A stretch of DNA of 64,000 nucleotides from Thermoplasmata archaeon. GTDB taxonomy: Archaea > Thermoplasmatota > Thermoplasmata > Lutacidiplasmatales > UBA184. The stretch covers positions 8,655-72,654 of the forward strand of contig DASWZL010000004.1 of the NCBI GenBank assembly GCA_036404475.1. The letters are read 5' to 3'. The position numbers and the translations under genes were made by a program. Below are positions 1 through 9,942 of the stretch, in pieces. A model generated the notes under the pieces. The model was not told the origin of the DNA and searched no databases. It saw nothing but the letters and a program-made list of their open reading frames with translations. The stretch's first letter is position 1. Each line of letters begins with the position of its first letter.

Positions 1-2924
1 TTGGAGGCAAGGGTAACCGGATACCAGTCCAGCGAGTCGTTGGAGACTGCGAGGCGGGCAATGGACGTCGATCCGTTGGCGATGGTAACACTACCGTTCC
101 CACTCGCCCGGAGCGCGAGGTCTTGGAATGGAGAAGGGTTCACCAGAAAGCTGGCGTTCAAGGCCCCGTCCGTAGCAACCACTTCGCCGGCTAGGGCACT
201 CGGGGTTGCCTCGACGGAGCTTGCGGTTCCGGAGAGGTGCAACGCCGAATACATAAAAAAGAGCTGGTCAGAAAGGGAGGTGCTCGCGGAGCAGAGACCA
301 AAGCACAGCTGACTCACAGGAGTCCCTGCCCGAGCAAGAGTATCCGCCGTGGAACTCGAGAAATCAAAGCTGGGCAGGGAAGTGTAGTTCGAGACGGCGG
401 CTTCGGAAGGCATTTCGGAAAGGGATAGCGCCGCGAGCATCACCGAGGGAATCGAGGGAAGGTCGAGCGCCAGGCTGAAGTTCGAGACCGAGTAGGTGGT
501 GAGCGTGCCTGAACCGAAGTTATAGGGGAAGGCGATAGAAATCCTTACATACGCCGTGAGGGAATTGAGCTGCTCAGGATCGAGCGGAATCGTCACATTC
601 GGCTGGGTCGATGCCACGACCGTATACGACGGGACTCCCCAAAGGCCCGTTCCGTTAGAGTCGTATCCCACTACCGCCACGTAGCCGGCGTGATTCGCGG
701 GTCCCGTGTAGTTCTGGTGGAACTGAACGGTGTACCCCTGGTTGACCACGGGGATCCGGTTGGACAGCAAATAGAATCCCAGGTTGTCCAATCGCGTGCT
801 ACTTCCCGTGATCGTGTCGGTCGCGTTGGAGAACGTGATGTTCATCACGCCCGAGCCATTGACGCCGAAGACCTCGTATCCACTCGGCAGGTTCTCTACC
901 AGTGCGATGCGACTCGACGGCCCGGGACTCGACCAGTTGGCCATACTCGTGGGCCAACTTCCGATCGTGTGGTTGAGTGGGACCGAGGCATTCCCGGTAT
1001 GGAACACAACCACGCCCGAGGCGCCCGTGACGTACGGTTGGTAATCGAGGTTGAGGAAGGCGACAAAAAGGTGGGAGCTGAACACTTCTTCCAGGTCTTG
1101 TTGTGCGTGAAGGAGGGCAAGGAAGGCGGCGGAGGCACCGACGAGCGAATCCCAAGTCCACGTCGGCGGGCCGGTGAAATTGGCCTGGAGATCGACCAGT
1201 ACGTATTTCACCGACGCTTCTCCGAGCAGGACGCCGATTCGATTTGTGTGATTCTCAATCAAATAGTTCAAAACGCTCGTGGAGTACTCGGAGCTGCGAG
1301 GACCTTGGAACAGGCCGACAGCAGTGGTGCTTCCTTGGTACTCTGGTAGACCAAACGTGTTAATGGCAAAGGGACCAAACTGTAAGCCGCCTTCAATGCC
1401 AGGGAAGGGGAGTATGAGGAATCGCGAATCCATTGTGCCGCCGTGCGACTCGAGGAAATCATACATGGCAGGATAGGCCGAGGGAACGGTTGCTCCCCAT
1501 TGCGGAGGCCACCCCTCGTCCTGAGGGGCGTCGAACACTTTGAAATCGCCGCTCTCAAGATAGAACCCTGCGGGGATGACCAACAGGGCGAGTACGAGGA
1601 CGCAGGATGCCATGGTAAGAGGCCGGCGGACGATCTGTTTTGGTCCGCGGCGTAGTCTGCAGATTCCCGGGCCTTTAGTCGGGGTCTCGGCGTCGCTAAC
1701 GTCGGGAGAACTGGCAGTGGCTCGGGTCGATTGGGTTTCTCCTTCGAAGTGAGCGAGTCTATCGAGGGCGAAGGTGGCGAGGATCGTGAGGGAGACGACG
1801 ATGTAATCATAGCACTCTATTGGATAGTTCAGTACAGTGAGTAGGCCGAAGGCATTGTACAGAGCGAGCGTGATGCCGGCGCGTGTCAGGAAAATCCAGG
1901 CGGCGCAAGACACGTAGAGAATCCCGGCGAGGAAGCCGAGCTCCCGGTATGGACGCCGTCTCAGTAGGAGCAGCCCGGAGAGTGCGAACGCGCTGAAGAC
2001 GACTAGGAGCGCCTCGGAGAGGGGGGGGTAGAACCCAGCGTATCGGTCATACAGTCCCGCGCCCAATAGGGAAAAGAAGTGAATGGGAGCGCTGAAGCCG
2101 TAAGAGAGTGGGACTATTGATGCTGCGACAGCGTAAGAGGGTTGAAGAGAGCCGCTGGTGAAATGCGCTAGGTTGCCCAAGAAGAACGGAGCGTTGAGGA
2201 ACAAGCCCGCTACGATGGCTACGGCAATCCCGACAAACGTGCGAAGTGCCATGCGGACTGATCGCCGAGTTAAGCCGATAGAGAGTGGAAGCAGGACGAG
2301 GAGGGGCAAAGTAAAGACCGGGCCAAAAGGAACGATGGCGAAGACGAGCCCGAGGACCAGAGAGAGGAGAATCACAGGCTTTGCCCACGGCCCTTCAATT
2401 ATCTGGAACGCAAGCAGGAAAACTGCGGGTAGGAGGAGGTCAAATGGAAGGAAGCTGCTGGCGTTGAAGACGTCAATAAAAAGATAGGGGCTCAGCAGAA
2501 AGAGACCGGCCCCTATCAGAGCAAACTTAGGTTCCTCCAAGTGGGATTCAAGAAGGCGTTGAAATGAGGCTGCACCGACAAAAGAGAGGCCGATTAGGGT
2601 GAGAGGCTCAGTAAGTGCGGGGGGAATCCCCCCCAAGGTGAGCGCCGAAAAGATGACGTAGACCGCGGGTTGGGACGAAGAGTACCCCAAACCACCGGGG
2701 TTCCACTGGGACAGATATACCGTGATACTATAGGACGAACTATTGACAGGGGAGAGGAGGAAGAAATCCGGAGTTAGCAGTTGTCCGCTCGAAAACGTCG
2801 CGCGGAAGAGGAACAGGATGAGCGTAAGCAGAATTCCCCAGCTGAGAACATGCCATTGCAGCTGTGAGACTGAGGCCGATGGCGCTGGTCCGCCATGCTC
2901 AGTTATGTTCGCCATGGGAGCCAT
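1..2924 (-). CDS. Large polytopic membrane protein, partial (C-terminus lies beyond the window start). It has a multi-TM N-terminal domain and a sequon-dense extracytoplasmic domain; possibly a GT-C-type glycosyltransferase
   Basis: Own minus-strand translation. ATG at 2924-2922 with an in-frame TGA shortly upstream; the frame stays open to position 1, so it is absent from the supplied ORF track. Starts MAPMANITEHGG. Many hydrophobic helices run up to MASCVLVLALLVIPAGFYL (near 1613), followed by about 540 aa with about 17 N-x-S/T sequons. The function call is weak. Confidence 0.65.
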   Translation of the reverse strand, partial: MAPMANITEHGGPAPSASVSQLQWHVLSWGILLTLILFLFRATFSSGQLLTPDFFLLSPVNSSSYSITVYLSQWNPGGLGYSSSQPAVYVIFSALTLGGIPPALTEPLTLIGLSFVGAASFQRLLESHLEEPKFALIGAGLFLLSPYLFIDVFNASSFLPFDLLLPAVFLLAFQIIEGPWAKPVILLSLVLGLVFAIVPFGPVFTLPLLVLLPLSIGLTRRSVRMALRTFVGIAVAIVAGLFLNAPFFLGNLAHFTSGSLQPSYAVAASIVPLSYGFSAPIHFFSLLGAGLYDRYAGFYPPLSEALLVVFSAFALSGLLLLRRRPYRELGFLAGILYVSCAAWIFLTRAGITLALYNAFGLLTVLNYPIECYDYIVVSLTILATFALDRLAHFEGETQSTRATASSPDVSDAETPTKGPGICRLRRGPKQIVRRPLTMASCVLVLALLVIPAGFYLESGDFKVFDAPQDEGWPPQWGATVPSAYPAMYDFLESHGGTMDSRFLILPFPGIEGGLQFGPFAINTFGLPEYQGSTTAVGLFQGPRSSEYSTSVLNYLIENHTNRIGVLLGEASVKYVLVDLQANFTGPPTWTWDSLVGASAAFLALLHAQQDLEEVFSSHLFVAFLNLDYQPYVTGASGVVVFHTGNASVPLNHTIGSWPTSMANWSSPGPSSRIALVENLPSGYEVFGVNGSGVMNITFSNATDTITGSSTRLDNLGFYLLSNRIPVVNQGYTVQFHQNYTGPANHAGYVAVVGYDSNGTGLWGVPSYTVVASTQPNVTIPLDPEQLNSLTAYVRISIAFPYNFGSGTLTTYSVSNFSLALDLPSIPSVMLAALSLSEMPSEAAVSNYTSLPSFDFSSSTADTLARAGTPVSQLCFGLCSASTSLSDQLFFMYSALHLSGTASSVEATPSALAGEVVATDGALNASFLVNPSPFQDLALRASGNGSVTIANGSTSIARLAVSNDSLDWYPVTLAS

Positions 2925-2990
2925 GTTTCCGACTGTTCACGCCGACTGAGGTGCCGGGTCGACGCCCCGTGGTTCATCGGGAGAGCGCCG

Positions 2991-4139
2991 TCAGCCTCCT
3001 GCCAATGCATCCCGGTATCCTTGTTCGGTGAGGGTCCCAATGCGTTCCGCAGAATAATTCTGAGTGGCCATGTCCTGTGCCGCCCCGCCGAGGCGGTTAC
3101 GAAGGTCAGGGTCCTGCATCAGGAGTAGAAAAGCCCGAGCCCAGTCATGGGGATCCCAAGAGGCAATGACTATTCCGTTCTGACCGTCATGAACGAACTC
3201 CCGAACCGGTGCGAGATCGGATACTATCGAAGGTGTGCCATGATAGGCGGCCTCGATGACGGATCTGCAATAGGCTTCTCGATGCGATGGAAGCACGAAC
3301 GCGCAAGACCCCGCGAGCACTTCTCGCATTTCGGTCTCGGGCAGAGTAGACGCGAACCTCACCTTAAGCCCCCAGTTGGAGGCCAGTTCCCGAAATCGCC
3401 ATCGCTCCTCCCGTAGGACAGTCGCCCTAACCAAGATCCCTTGCTTGGAAAGAAGGCGAAGAGCTTGCAGAAACAATGCGATGTCGCGGCGAGGTCCCGC
3501 ACCAATAAACAGCAGGTGGGACTTGTCGTACGACTTTCCCTTCCATGGTGTCCACGACCTTGGAATGGGTGGAGGAAGCGCTGCCCATCTAATCGAGGCG
3601 CCAGGGTAGATTCGTTCGAGTTCCCGGCCCACCGAGATAGTATCAACCACAATCCAATCCGCAACCTCAACAGACAGTCTTTCGTTGTAGGCTGACATGA
3701 AGTACCTCGGTGCCGATGCAACCCGAGACCTCAGCGGGAGGGACCTCCACTCTGTCAGACCTACGTCGACCGCGTGAAATACGCAGGCGTGCCATAAGGG
3801 TGAGCTCCTATGGAATGCCCATCCTAGTCCAGCGCCCCTGGCGTCGATGACGTCACCCTTCCGGGTCCTTCCAATGTCGGACAGAAATCTGGCTACGGCA
3901 GTGTTTGCGGTCCAGCCGCCGACACATGGATACGCGTGGTTTGGTACGGCGAAAACACGAACACCCTCGTCAACGAGCTGGTGGCGGTTTCCAGTGTACG
4001 AGTACACAAGCGTAACATCGTGTCCCCTAGCTGCCATTTCGATTGCGAGCTCGCGTGTGTTGACCGAGCTCCCTAATCGCGCGCCGGGGGCTAGGGGGTC
4101 GTGAGGAACGATGTACATGAGCGATAGTGATTCGCTCAT
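2991..4139 (-). CDS. Glycosyltransferase family 4 (GT-B fold)
   Basis: 382-aa ORF. The C-terminal GT1/GT4 sugar-nucleotide region reads SHREAYCRSVIEAAYHGTPSIVSDLAPVREFVHDGQNGIVI. Sits in a co-directional glycosylation cluster. Confidence 0.8.
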   Translation of the reverse strand: MSESLSLMYIVPHDPLAPGARLGSSVNTRELAIEMAARGHDVTLVYSYTGNRHQLVDEGVRVFAVPNHAYPCVGGWTANTAVARFLSDIGRTRKGDVIDARGAGLGWAFHRSSPLWHACVFHAVDVGLTEWRSLPLRSRVASAPRYFMSAYNERLSVEVADWIVVDTISVGRELERIYPGASIRWAALPPPIPRSWTPWKGKSYDKSHLLFIGAGPRRDIALFLQALRLLSKQGILVRATVLREERWRFRELASNWGLKVRFASTLPETEMREVLAGSCAFVLPSHREAYCRSVIEAAYHGTPSIVSDLAPVREFVHDGQNGIVIASWDPHDWARAFLLLMQDPDLRNRLGGAAQDMATQNYSAERIGTLTEQGYRDALAGG

Positions 4140-4649
4140 AGAGCCTCATCGACAGAGGATGTCCTAACAGTCCGCTGCCGGGTAGATCGCGTGGTACTCC
4201 GGTGGCGCTCGGTCCGCAGAAGCCGGAGCACCAAGTTCCCTTTGCCTCCGAACTGACGGACTAGGTAAGGATGGCATATGGTTAGCCACACATCCTCTAT
4301 TTTCACCCGGTTCACCTCGCTGTAGAATTGCCAGCTCAACTGAGCACTTCGGGACCGGGAAACGGCAGGTAAGGGCTTCTCTCAAGCGACCTACCGGCTT
4401 TCGCAGGAACCGAACCCGACACCTTCAGCATACCCGTGCCTTCATTAGGGCGGTGGGCCGGGTGCAGCCCGGCTTCTCGTCAACTATCTTCACCTTCGAA
4501 TTGGCTTAGCGGCGCTTGCGTGAGCGGTCATCTCACCTAAACATACACTAATGGATGACGTGGACCAACGGTGAAGCTACTCTATTCGTCGCGAGCGAAT
4601 TTTGTCCCCCTTCAATTTCACCAGAGCGGGGCCACCCGGCGCAGGTGAA

Positions 4650-5519
4650 TCACGCGGCCGGCCTCGATTTCCCTGTGTTCTCCGCCAGCCAATATTCGTT
4701 GAGTTGGGACCACGATCCCTTGTCCATGATTTGGAATCCCGACTCTCTGAGCAACGACTCGCACCGCTCGCTGTTACTTCCACTCCCCACTTCGATAATC
4801 ATCCGCCGAGTACGTTGAAGCGTTCCTATGGCGCCCTTGAGAACTTCGACTTCGTATCCCTCCACATCAATCAACATCCAATCCACTCGCGGCAGAGAAC
4901 TGATGAGGACGATTGAGTCCATTGGGACGATGGTCACGGTCGCTGCTGACCGAGGATCTATATCGTTGACGTGCGCCCAATCGGGCAAGAGGGAGGCAGT
5001 CCCCGTAGATGATTCCGGAAGGAAGAGACGTCCGGTGCCTGGAAGCGACCCTAAGGCGACCCGCATCGGTGTTACTGACCTCGTTAACGAGTTGGAACGC
5101 ATATGTTTGACCAATGACTCGAACGTCGCCGGGTTAGGCTCGATTGCGATGACCCGAGCCCCTGCCTTCGCAGCTGAGAGGGAATATGTACCGATGTTAG
5201 CCCCCACATCAATGACGACCTCGCCCTCCTTAGGGTGGAACCACCGGAAGGTAGACCACTTGTGCCAGGGGGAACAGTACCACAAGTCTTCGGTTCGCGG
5301 GCGAGCCTCAAACCTCAATCCGGCGGACCTCACCCAGATTGGCCTTGCGAGGTATCGTCCGACGTTTCTAAAGCCTCCTCCTGTCACCGCCCAGGCTACC
5401 GCAGCTCGGGCGTAGCACGCGTACAGGTGGAAAGCGTCTCTAAATGACAACGGTCGTAATGAGAAGTAACGCTTGAGGGCTCCGGGTTCAGTTTCTTTTG
5501 TACTGCCTTTTCTGGTCAA
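4650..5519 (-). CDS. FkbM-family SAM-dependent methyltransferase
   Basis: 289-aa ORF. VIDVGANIGTYSLSAAKAGARVIAIEPNPATFESLVKH matches the FkbM-type SAM-binding region. Confidence 0.75.
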   Translation of the reverse strand: MTRKGSTKETEPGALKRYFSLRPLSFRDAFHLYACYARAAVAWAVTGGGFRNVGRYLARPIWVRSAGLRFEARPRTEDLWYCSPWHKWSTFRWFHPKEGEVVIDVGANIGTYSLSAAKAGARVIAIEPNPATFESLVKHMRSNSLTRSVTPMRVALGSLPGTGRLFLPESSTGTASLLPDWAHVNDIDPRSAATVTIVPMDSIVLISSLPRVDWMLIDVEGYEVEVLKGAIGTLQRTRRMIIEVGSGSNSERCESLLRESGFQIMDKGSWSQLNEYWLAENTGKSRPAA

Positions 5520-5643
5520 CGAAGTTCGACTCTCCAGGGTCGATTAGGTCCCTCGACATCAAGAAGCTTGGCGCGACCTCATGCGACCAGGCCACGTTTC
5601 CTTACTTCCGACCAAGCAGAAGGGGTTCATACGGCCTTCCTCA

Positions 5644-6888
5644 TCACAAAAGCGTTCGAAAGAAAGCGACCTGATCGCGCGCGATGAGGTCGGCCGAATA
5701 AGCACGCGGAATCGACTCCAGTCTACACGCGATCTCCTCTCGCTTCTGAGAGTCGCCGAGTAAATCGACCAGCCGCTCGGCAAACGCTTGCACGTTTCCG
5801 GGCGGCACTCGGGGAATGGCCGATCCCAGGTAATCGTACGCCGGCAGGTCATAGACCACAGGGACGCAGCCATAGGTGGCTGCCTCCATGACGGCCAAGG
5901 ACCACCCTTCTTCGTAGCTTGGGAATGCGAAGACCTTGGAATTGGCGAGGAGGTCGTGTTTGCCTCCATCCGAAAGATGACCTCTCAAGGTGATGAGTCC
6001 ACTCAGTCCGGTCTTCTCAATGGCTATGCGAAATCGTCGTTCAACCGCGCGTGACTCGAAATCCCCGCCGACGACCATCTGTGCAGCGGGCAACCGACGG
6101 TGGACTTCGGCCCAGATGGACACAAGATCGAAGAGGCCCTTGTATGGGGAAAGCCGGCTTACGAAGCAGGCATCAATGGATCGGTTGGGTTTCTCTATCG
6201 TGGCTGAGTCCGGGTAGCGATCGAGGAAATCTTCGTCAGGTAGGACGGGACCAGAGAATCTCCATCCCGACTCCGAAAGAATGCGTACTTGGTCAATGCT
6301 CGGCACGAACCGGCAGACCTTTGTGATGACCAGTGCGGCCTGGGTGAGCAACCAGGCTCCACTGCACCGGACTACGCCGCCTCGTCGATTCGGGTGCCAC
6401 CATGGGCCGGGAGTGAGATGATGAAATGCCACGACCAAGGGTGAACCGGACGTTTGGGCAATCCGGCGTGCATGGACGATATCTGAAAGGTTGGGCGACG
6501 CCGCGATGACGATAGACCTGTCAGGGACCTGAGATGGAGGTGCCCTGGGGGCGCTTATAGTGGTCCTGTCCGCGAGGGTACCGATGAGGGCCTTAAGCGG
6601 CTGTAAGAGGTTACCGGCCTCTGGATTGACCGATTTAGGGTCCGTTCGTCCAACGGAGACCACCCGGGTGCACTTTCCTTCGAACATCTCGGGAAGGTTC
6701 GTGTACACCGTCACAAAGTGCCCCTGCTTGACCCACTCCTGCGCTAACCGAGCGTAGTGGATTGGTCCCCCTCCGCCACCCCCAGTTAATCCAGGTCCCG
6801 ACTTGGTCCGGACGGTCGCTAAGTGAAACAGTTGAATGTGTAGCGGGAGGGCTTCAGGGCCTTGCGATTCGGAGGTGAGATTGACCAT
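5644..6888 (-). CDS. Glycosyltransferase family 4
   Basis: 414-aa ORF. Gly-rich N-terminal loop (GGGGGPIHYARLAQEW) and C-terminal PSYEEGWSLAVMEAATYGCVPVVYDLPAY, typical of GT4. Confidence 0.8.
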   Translation of the reverse strand: MVNLTSESQGPEALPLHIQLFHLATVRTKSGPGLTGGGGGGPIHYARLAQEWVKQGHFVTVYTNLPEMFEGKCTRVVSVGRTDPKSVNPEAGNLLQPLKALIGTLADRTTISAPRAPPSQVPDRSIVIAASPNLSDIVHARRIAQTSGSPLVVAFHHLTPGPWWHPNRRGGVVRCSGAWLLTQAALVITKVCRFVPSIDQVRILSESGWRFSGPVLPDEDFLDRYPDSATIEKPNRSIDACFVSRLSPYKGLFDLVSIWAEVHRRLPAAQMVVGGDFESRAVERRFRIAIEKTGLSGLITLRGHLSDGGKHDLLANSKVFAFPSYEEGWSLAVMEAATYGCVPVVYDLPAYDYLGSAIPRVPPGNVQAFAERLVDLLGDSQKREEIACRLESIPRAYSADLIARDQVAFFRTLL

Positions 6889-7545
6889 TCCGTGCCTTGT
6901 TATTTACGGCATCGCAAGCTCAATGACATGATCGGGGCGCCGATGTATTCAGCTTCATTTGTAATCTCTTCGTGGCTGTCCCAGCACCCGCGCGACTGTA
7001 CGAGGGCGAATGGGACTCGCCCAATCTTGATTCTGTACTCGAGGCTGACAAGTGGGCTAACCCTTGCCTACCCCCACTAAAAGCACCCCTCTCGAACTGA
7101 ACCGCAGCCGCGACTTCACGGGCTCGGACCACCGGATGGACAAATCGCGGTAAGAGAGCATGACAGCTGATGCCGCCCCCGCCTTGGGTCTCCGCGAACA
7201 CCCAGACCAACGACGATATGTGTCGAGCCAGTCGGGGTTGGAGAGAGTGCTCACCCTGGTCCAGATGAGTGTGCGGGTGCACCGATAGGTCCGTTTCTCC
7301 GGGTAGATCGAAGCGCATTGAAGATACGTACGCGTCCGTAACCGATATCCGACCTATGCGCGATGATGCCATCAACATCCCGCCGGACGGTTTCATGGGA
7401 GAACCCACACGTTGTTTCGGTCGAGGCAGAATCTTCCACTTCCGCACTCTATCTCTCGTAGGTTCGAGATGCTGATTAGGGTCGACGTCTCACTCCTGAC
7501 GGTATTCACTCCCCCGCTTACACCCTCGTAGGTAAACCATCGAGT

Positions 7546-8259
7546 TTACTGAAATGATTCTCCTGTCGCACTAGCAGGAAGACGAAATGCAACCTGACCG
7601 AAAACCGTTCTGTCCTGCGGCCAGCGAACGCCACCGAGTACCTGGAATTTGCGGCGAAAGCTCCGTGAGTAATCTCGAAAGGCACTGAACTCTGGCGTAC
7701 CACCGAACTCATCAAAGAGGAGCACACCCCTCTTGGTGTTGAAGAGGTGGTCAATCTGAGTCAAACAGAACAGCGTGGAGGTGTAGACGTCACTGTCGAG
7801 ATGGACCACCAAAGGATGACGCGACTGGAAGGTCGCTAAAAAGGCAGGAAGAGTATCTTGATACCAACCCTTGACAAAGCGAACTCGAGAGTCCCGGATT
7901 TGCGGGATCTGCCCACCGGTACTGAAACTCCCGGTCGGAAAAGCAGAGCCCCAATCTTCAGGCAATCCCAGAAAGGAGTCGAGGCCGAAGAAACGGCTCT
8001 CTGGGTCGGTATTCATGTTCGCCCAACAGCGGATCGAGTCTCCGGTAAACACCCCAAATTCGAGGTAGTCAATAGGGCCTTCTAGTGCCTCCTGCTCGAC
8101 CGCATGACGCCAAAGGTCTTCGCGGGTCGAGAAGACTGGCATGCCTGTGTGAGCACGACTCCAAGATCGCACCAACGCGTAGAGATTCGCTCTTGCGAGA
8201 CGCTCACTATACCTAGGCATGATCACCCGAGCAATCAGGTTCTCGGTGGTGGCCTTCAC
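7546..8259 (-). CDS. TylF/macrocin-O-methyltransferase-like class I SAM methyltransferase
   Basis: 237-aa ORF with a GTG start. Motifs: PIDYLEFGVFTGDSIR, GLDSFLGLPE, VVHLDSDVYTSTL. Confidence 0.65.
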   Translation of the reverse strand: MKATTENLIARVIMPRYSERLARANLYALVRSWSRAHTGMPVFSTREDLWRHAVEQEALEGPIDYLEFGVFTGDSIRCWANMNTDPESRFFGLDSFLGLPEDWGSAFPTGSFSTGGQIPQIRDSRVRFVKGWYQDTLPAFLATFQSRHPLVVHLDSDVYTSTLFCLTQIDHLFNTKRGVLLFDEFGGTPEFSAFRDYSRSFRRKFQVLGGVRWPQDRTVFGQVAFRLPASATGESFQ

Positions 8260-8643
8260 AGATTAGACTCCCCTCCCATGAACGAGGATCTGCCAGAGCC
8301 GTTTCCGTCGGTCAAGTCAAATTTACGATTCCGTGTTCGCATAGGTAATCACCGGCCATGAATTCGCAGAGCATCAGGTAACGTACGGAGCCACCCAGTT
8401 TGAGGACGGATTCGTACCCGGGCGATGGAAGCGTAACTGAAGTACCGAGTCCTTGATTCAGCTGACGTTGACGCTTCGGAGCCGTCATTCCTCGGACGCA
8501 GAAAATGAGGGCCCACGAGCGGGTTCTCGCGCAGTTCGACCACCTGCTCACCCTCCAGAAACCGCCAGGTCTAGACTGGGGTTGGTGATGGACAATGCTC
8601 ACGATAAGCGGTTGCCCAGTGCTCCAGGATATGGAGCTTAGCT

Positions 8644-9834
8644 TTACTCATTGTCGACGGGTTCGCTTCTGAGCTGATCGCGGAAGTCTTCATACGCGCT
8701 TTCCCACGAGTACTGTTTACAACGCTCGATTCCTTGGGAGCCAAGCTTGGCCCTGAGCGGCTCATCTTGCGCCAGCGATAGGAGCGCTTGGGTCAACCCA
8801 GCTACGTCGCCATCCGGGACCAACAACCCGGTTGAACCGTGAACTACGGCATCCCTCACACCCGGCACATCGTAGGCAACAGCCGCGCAGCCAAATGCCT
8901 GCGGCTCAAATATGGACAGCCCCCAGCCCTCTTTCTTCGATCCGCATATCGCCAACTTGGCGCGCGAGTATGTTCTCGCCCTTTCCTCATCGGGGATGCG
9001 ACCGAGAACGTCTACTCTTCCTGCAATTCCCAATCGAGAAATCAGCTCCCTGATTTGGACCTCGTATTCGGGGCTCTCAAAGCTACCGAAAAGAACTAGC
9101 CGCCAATTGTTTGGCAGGTGTGCGAAGGCGATTACCGCATCCTCCACCCTCTTCCATGGCCTTAAGGGCCCTCCAAGGACCACAACGTCTTCCTTAGGGC
9201 TGTTGCCTTTGGGCAGATCAACACCGGCCTTTACCACATGCACATTTACGTAACCCAGCGATCTGAGCTCTTCAGCAGTCGAAGGTCCGAGGGTTATCAC
9301 ACGTTCCCGTGCGTAAGTCATAGGAGAAATCCATTGCTGCAGTATCCATGGCACGACACCAACCCGCCCCAGCTTCTCTCGGATGATCTCGCGTGGAACA
9401 ATGTGGTAGATGATCATGAGGCGGGGTTTGGACGAATACAAGCGGGAGAAAAATGGGACTACCGACACAGATTCGAAGACTAAATCGATCTCCTTCCGGT
9501 GGAGTAAATAGTACAAAGCGCCATAGAAAAAAACAGTGGAAGGGCTGCCAAATCGTACTATTCGAACACCGTGAATGGTTTCCTCCCTAACAGAACCGTT
9601 GAATCTGGAACTGACCCAAATCACTCGGTAGCCCTCATCCACTGCGCGCCTCAACACTTCATAGCAGTAATGTGGAGCACCTCCGGATGCGGGATTCACT
9701 GGATCATCATAGTTGAGCAACAAGATGGTTCGTTGACGTTGCCTTGGAGCGCTCGGATGCAACGATTGATCCTCAGCCGTCGGAGTCATGACAAGGGAGC
9801 CGGATCGGTCTGCCGAAGCCGACGAGGGATGCAT
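8644..9834 (-). CDS. Glycosyltransferase family 4
   Basis: 396-aa ORF. GSKKEGWGLSIFEPQAFGCAAVAYDVPGVRDAVVHGSTGLLV is a GT4 C-terminal signature. Confidence 0.8.
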   Translation of the reverse strand: MHPSSASADRSGSLVMTPTAEDQSLHPSAPRQRQRTILLLNYDDPVNPASGGAPHYCYEVLRRAVDEGYRVIWVSSRFNGSVREETIHGVRIVRFGSPSTVFFYGALYYLLHRKEIDLVFESVSVVPFFSRLYSSKPRLMIIYHIVPREIIREKLGRVGVVPWILQQWISPMTYARERVITLGPSTAEELRSLGYVNVHVVKAGVDLPKGNSPKEDVVVLGGPLRPWKRVEDAVIAFAHLPNNWRLVLFGSFESPEYEVQIRELISRLGIAGRVDVLGRIPDEERARTYSRAKLAICGSKKEGWGLSIFEPQAFGCAAVAYDVPGVRDAVVHGSTGLLVPDGDVAGLTQALLSLAQDEPLRAKLGSQGIERCKQYSWESAYEDFRDQLRSEPVDNE

Positions 9835-9942
9835 CTATCGGAGCCATCAGGTAACCCAGGTCGAAGCTCCCACGGGTTGCCGAGCTACCCCCGTTTCGGA
9901 AGCCTCTCTTTCGCTTCACATTATGCTTGTGCCCAGCTGGAG

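Noticed and set aside
690-1349. 219-aa plus-strand ORF, and other short ORFs within positions 1-2900
   Set aside because: All lie antisense to or out of frame with the continuous minus-strand frame of more than 970 codons, which has coherent TM and sequon structure.
4136-4339. 67-aa ORF whose stop overlaps the GT4 start (ATGA)
   Set aside because: It has a TTG start, no recognisable motif and odd composition. It lies in a 510-nt spacer that also holds a GCCGGG-tgca-CCCGGC hairpin. The evidence for coding is insufficient.
6889-7545. 657-nt gap between a GT4 gene and the TylF-like gene, with a 175-aa ORF (6920-7447) and two abutting 62- and 65-aa ORFs in other frames
   Set aside because: None of the frames gives a recognisable protein, and the products are Ser/Arg/Gly-rich. 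It may be another decayed island gene, but I cannot support a call.
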